Virus record (IMG/VR): IMGVR_UViG_647533161_000007 | Strand: one strand, 5' to 3' | From: a virus | Lineage: Duplodnaviria > Heunggongvirae > Uroviricota > Caudoviricetes | DNA: 47,228 bases | Shown here: positions 43,118 to 47,228 of the stretch, one piece after another | Numbering within the stretch: the stretch's first letter is position 1 | Layout: each line of letters opens with the position of its first letter | Program-made: the position numbers and the translations under genes | Notes under the pieces: model-generated | The model's input: the letters and a program-made list of their open reading frames with translations, nothing else | What the model was told of the DNA's origin: nothing | The model's database searches: none

Positions 43118-45589
43118 ATGAGTAAAGTCTTTATTTGCGCCGCTATTCCTGACGAACTGGCAACAAGGGAAGAAGGCGCTGTGGCTGTAGCCACAGCCAT
43201 TGAAGCTGGCGACGAACGCCGTGCTCGAGCAAAATTTCACTGGCAATTCCTGGAACATTATCCGGCTGCTCAGGACTGCGCTTATAAATTTATTGTCTGC
43301 GAGGATAAACCTGGCATACCCCGCCCTGCCCTCGATTCATGGGATGCTGAATATATGCAGGAAAACCGCTGGGATGAGGAGTCTGCTTCTTTTGTCCCGG
43401 TTGAGACTGAATCCGATCCGATGAACGTCACTTTTGACAAGCTGGCCCCTGAAGTACAGAACGCTGTCATGGTTAAGTTCGACACATGTGAAAACATCAC
43501 CGTTGATATGGTTATTAGCGCACAGGAATTGTTGCAGGAAGACATGGCAACATTCGACGGACATATCGTTGAAGCGTTGATGAAAATGCCAGAAGTTAAC
43601 GCCATGTATCCGGAGCTTAAGTTGCACGCCATTGGGTGGGTTAAGCATAAATGTATTCCTGGTGCTAAATGGCCCGAAATTCAGGCAGAGATGCGCATCT
43701 GGAAAAAACGTCGCGAAGGTGAACGCAAGGAAACCGGAAAATACACGTCTGTTGTTGATCTCGCCCGCGCCAGAGCCAATCAACAGTACACTGAAAATTC
43801 AACAGGAAAAATCAGCCCGGTCATTGCTGCCATTCATCGCGAATACAAGCAGACATGGAAAACACTGGATGACGAACTGGCCTACGCTCTCTGGCCTGGT
43901 GATGTGGATGCCGGAAACATTGACGGCAGCATCCATCGCTGGGCAAAAAATGAAGTTATCGATAACGACCGCGAAGACTGGAAGCGTATCTCGGCATCAA
44001 TGCGCAAACAGCCTGATGCCCTTCGCTACGACCGCCAAACTATTTTTGGCCTTGTCCGTGAACGTCCGATCGACATTCACAAAGATCCCGTAGCACTGAA
44101 CAAATATATCTGCGAATACCTGACGACAAAGGGCGTGTTTGAGAATGAAGAAACAGACCTGGGCACTGTTGATGTTCTCCAGTCATCAGAAACACAAACT
44201 GATGCAGTGGAAACTGAGGTATCTGATATCCCAAAAAATGAAACCGCGCCGGAAGCTGAACCATCTGTAGAGCGTGAGGGGCCGTTCTATTTCCTCTTCG
44301 CAGATAAGGACGGAGAAAAATACGGTCGCGCAAACAAACTTTCTGGTCTGGATAAGGCACTGGCTGCTGGCGCCACTGAAATCACAAAAGAAGAATATTT
44401 TGCCCGAAAAAATGGCACATACACGGGCTTACCGCAAAATGTAGATACCGCTGAAGATTCAGAACAACCAGAGCCGATAAAAGTTACCGCTGACGAAGTA
44501 AACAAAATTATGCAGGCAGCCAATATCATCCAGCCTGACGCCGATAAGTTGCTTGCTGCATCACGTGGTGAATTTGTTGAAGGGATTAGTGACCCGAATG
44601 ATCCGAAATGGGTTAAGGGGATCCAGACCCGCGATTCTGTGAACCAGAACCAGCATGAATCGGAACGGAACTACCAAAAAGCGGAACAAAACAGCCCAAA
44701 TGCGTTACAAAACGAGCCAGAAACGAAACAGCCTGAATCAGTGGCGCAACAGGAAGTGGAAAAAGTCTGCACCGCCTGCGGTCAGACCGGCGGCGGCAAC
44801 TGCCCTGATTGTGGCGCGGTAATGGGCGACGCAACATACCAGGAAACATTCGATGAAGAGTATCAGGTTGAAGTTCAGGAAGATGATCCGGAGAAAATGG
44901 AAGGCGCTGAACATCCACACAAGGAGAACACTGGCGGCAATCAGCATCACGATAGCGATAATGAAACTGGCGAGACGGCAGATCACTCAATTAAGGTGAA
45001 CGGTCATCACGAAATCACATCCACCAGCAGGACGTGTGACCATCTAATGATCGACCTTGAAACCATGGGAAAAAATCCTGATGCCCCGATCATCTCAATA
45101 GGTGCAATATTTTTCGATCCGCAAACCGGAGATATGGGACCGGAATTTATTAAGACTATCGATCTGGAAACTGCTGGCGGAGTCATTGATCGGGACACCA
45201 TTAAATGGTGGTTTAAGCAATCACGCGAAGCGCAATCTGCCATTATGACCGATGAAATCCCGTTAGATGATGCACTGTTACAATTGCGGGAATTTATCGA
45301 CGAAAACTCCGGTGAATTTTTTGTTCAGGTCTGGGGAAATGGAGCCAACTTCGACAACACGATTTTGCGCCGTTCATACGAACGGCAGGGGATCCCCTGC
45401 CCGTGGCGTTACTACAACGATCGCGATGTACGCACAATCGTTGAGCTGGGGAAAGCCATAGACTTCGATGCCAGAACGGCTATTCAATTCGAAGGTGAGC
45501 GCCATAATGCACTTGATGACGCCCGTTACCAGGCAAAATACGTTTCAGTTATCTGGCAAAAACTGATCCCGAGTCAGGCTGATTCTTAA
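43118..45589 (+). CDS. Large prophage protein (823 aa) with C-terminal DEDDh 3'-5' exonuclease domain (YdfE-like)
   Basis: C-terminal exonuclease motifs: LMIDLETMG (Exo I, DxE), WGNGANFD (Exo II), HNALDDARYQAKY (Exo III, H-x4-D); occupies the recombination-gene position between immunity and xis/int. Confidence 0.7.
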   Translation: MSKVFICAAIPDELATREEGAVAVATAIEAGDERRARAKFHWQFLEHYPAAQDCAYKFIVCEDKPGIPRPALDSWDAEYMQENRWDEESASFVPVETESDPMNVTFDKLAPEVQNAVMVKFDTCENITVDMVISAQELLQEDMATFDGHIVEALMKMPEVNAMYPELKLHAIGWVKHKCIPGAKWPEIQAEMRIWKKRREGERKETGKYTSVVDLARARANQQYTENSTGKISPVIAAIHREYKQTWKTLDDELAYALWPGDVDAGNIDGSIHRWAKNEVIDNDREDWKRISASMRKQPDALRYDRQTIFGLVRERPIDIHKDPVALNKYICEYLTTKGVFENEETDLGTVDVLQSSETQTDAVETEVSDIPKNETAPEAEPSVEREGPFYFLFADKDGEKYGRANKLSGLDKALAAGATEITKEEYFARKNGTYTGLPQNVDTAEDSEQPEPIKVTADEVNKIMQAANIIQPDADKLLAASRGEFVEGISDPNDPKWVKGIQTRDSVNQNQHESERNYQKAEQNSPNALQNEPETKQPESVAQQEVEKVCTACGQTGGGNCPDCGAVMGDATYQETFDEEYQVEVQEDDPEKMEGAEHPHKENTGGNQHHDSDNETGETADHSIKVNGHHEITSTSRTCDHLMIDLETMGKNPDAPIISIGAIFFDPQTGDMGPEFIKTIDLETAGGVIDRDTIKWWFKQSREAQSAIMTDEIPLDDALLQLREFIDENSGEFFVQVWGNGANFDNTILRRSYERQGIPCPWRYYNDRDVRTIVELGKAIDFDARTAIQFEGERHNALDDARYQAKYVSVIWQKLIPSQADS

Positions 45590-45661
45590 TGTTCAACTGT
45601 CGCCGGTTGTGACTGGTATTCTGCAACCGGCGCTCGTCTAATATAAGAGATAAAGAAATCG

Positions 45662-45913
45662 ATGAGCGAAGTAATCATGATTGTCTCTCCCGGCAAATGG
45701 GTATCCGAAGAGCAGTTAATTGCGCTGAAAGGAATAAAAAAAGGTACGTTAAAAAAGGCCCGGGAAAAATCGTTTATGGAAGGAAGGGAATATAAGCATG
45801 TCGCTCATGACGGTATGCCATGGGATAACAGTCCATGCTTTTACAACCTGGAAGAAATTGATCGCTGGATTGAGCGCCAGGCATCAGCAAGACCAAGACG
45901 TCATCTTACTTGA
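45662..45913 (+). CDS. Putative excisionase
   Basis: 83-aa ORF immediately upstream of the integrase; assignment mainly positional. Confidence 0.5.
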   Translation: MSEVIMIVSPGKWVSEEQLIALKGIKKGTLKKAREKSFMEGREYKHVAHDGMPWDNSPCFYNLEEIDRWIERQASARPRRHLT

Positions 45914-45947
45914 CTAAAAGCCACACTAACTAATGAGAGAAGTTGAA

Positions 45948-47228
45948 ATGAAATATCCGACAGGCGTGGAAAACCATGGAGGGAAATTACGTATCTGGTT
46001 TGTTTATAAAGGCGTAAGAGTCAGGGAAAACCTGGGGGTTCCTGACACAGCAAAAAACAGGCGCGTTGCAGGTGAGCTACGCGCCTCTGTTTGTTACGCA
46101 ATAAAAACTGGTGTTTTCGACTATGCAAAACAGTTTCCCTCCTCACGCAATCTGGAAAAATTTGGTGAGGCCCGACAAGATTTAACCATAAAAGAACTGG
46201 CTGAAAAATTTCTGGCACTGAAAGAAACTGAAGTCGCAAAAACATCACTCAACACATACCGTGCCGTCATCAAAAATATCCTGAGCATAATCGGTGAAAA
46301 AAATCTTGCCTCATCGATTAATAAAGAAAAATTACTGGAGGTTCGTAAAGAGCTACTGACTGGATACCAGATCCCCAAAAGTAACTATATTGTTACACAA
46401 CCAGGGAGATCGGCTGTAACTGTAAATAATTACATGACAAATCTTAACGCCGTGTTCCAGTTTGGTGTTGATAACGGTTACCTGGTAGATAACCCGTTTA
46501 AGGGGATCTCGCCATTAAAGGAATCAAGAACCATTCCGGATCCTCTTTCGCGGGAGGAATTCATCCGTCTTATCGATGCGTGCAGAAATCAGCAAGCCAA
46601 AAATTTATGGTGTGTTTCTGTTTATACTGGCGTTCGCCCTGGTGAGCTGTGTGCACTTGGATGGGAGGACATAGATCTGAAAAATGGAACAATGATGATC
46701 AGGAGAAATTTAGCAAAAGACCGTTTCACGGTACCAAAAACACAGGCGGGAACCAATCGGGTCATTCATCTTATTAAGCCAGCAATCGACGCTCTCCGGA
46801 GTCAGATGACATTAACGAGACTGAGCAAAGAGCATATCATTGATGTTCACCTCAGAGAGTATGGCAGAACAGAAAAACAAAAATGCACCTTTGTTTTTCA
46901 ACCTGAAGTGTCAGCGAGAGTAAAAAATTATGGTGACCATTTTACCGTTGACTCAATAAGGCAGATGTGGGACGCAGCGATAAAACGTGCCGGACTCCGC
47001 CATCGAAAATCATATCAGTCGAGACATACTTATGCCTGCTGGTCGCTGACAGCTGGTGCTAACCCGGCATTTATAGCAAACCAGATGGGCCATGCAGATG
47101 CGCAAATGGTATTTCAGGTATACGGAAAATGGATGTCTGAAAACAATAATGCACAGGTAGCTTTGTTAAATACACAGTTAAGCGAGTTTGCCCCAACCAT
47201 GCCCCATAACGAAGCAATGAAAAATTAA
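45948..47228 (+). CDS. int: Tyrosine site-specific integrase
   Basis: Core-binding and catalytic domains with conserved R (GVRPGEL), H-x-x-R (SRHTYACW) and catalytic Tyr (VYGKW); stop codon is the last codon in the window. Confidence 0.9.
   Translation: MKYPTGVENHGGKLRIWFVYKGVRVRENLGVPDTAKNRRVAGELRASVCYAIKTGVFDYAKQFPSSRNLEKFGEARQDLTIKELAEKFLALKETEVAKTSLNTYRAVIKNILSIIGEKNLASSINKEKLLEVRKELLTGYQIPKSNYIVTQPGRSAVTVNNYMTNLNAVFQFGVDNGYLVDNPFKGISPLKESRTIPDPLSREEFIRLIDACRNQQAKNLWCVSVYTGVRPGELCALGWEDIDLKNGTMMIRRNLAKDRFTVPKTQAGTNRVIHLIKPAIDALRSQMTLTRLSKEHIIDVHLREYGRTEKQKCTFVFQPEVSARVKNYGDHFTVDSIRQMWDAAIKRAGLRHRKSYQSRHTYACWSLTAGANPAFIANQMGHADAQMVFQVYGKWMSENNNAQVALLNTQLSEFAPTMPHNEAMKN

Overview
The window is almost entirely one lambdoid prophage of the E. 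coli Qin type, inserted next to a 5'-truncated ydfJ transporter gene (1..1284, minus strand). Assignments rest on reading the six-frame translations and on recalled similarity to lambda and K-12 Qin proteins; no searches were run. Left to right: ydfK, a Pin-family DNA invertase, tail-fibre assembly protein, a frameshifted side tail fibre, lom, a complete lambda-like tail module (J, I, K, L, M, tape measure H, G/T chaperone with a -1 frameshift site, V, U, Z), head-tail joining genes, a ClpP-protease/major-capsid fusion, portal, gpW, terminase large and small subunits, a cos-like site, a moron block (ydfO-like, frameshifted gnsB-like, ynfN-like, cspI), a lysis cassette (Rz/Rz1 spanins, SAR-type endolysin, phage-21-type pinholin), cspB/cspF, a late promoter with Q antiterminator, ydfU/rem-like genes, a Hok toxin, replication organizer, DicC/DicA-like immunity switch, ydfA/B/C, DicF sRNA, dicB, ydfD, a large protein with a C-terminal DEDDh exonuclease domain, excisionase and tyrosine integrase. 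The strongest candidate for something new is a 595-aa AT-rich ORF (36626..38413) on the opposite strand to the surrounding early operon, carrying a C-terminal R-x4-H (HEPN-like) motif and sitting where K-12 Qin has relBE; a 29-aa hydrophobic ORF with a consensus Shine-Dalgarno lies beside it. The sequence is a draft: two N-gaps (8826..9353 inside J; 35215..35312 flanked by a ~456-bp duplication) and two single-base frameshifts (stf, gnsB-like) may be assembly or sequencing artefacts.
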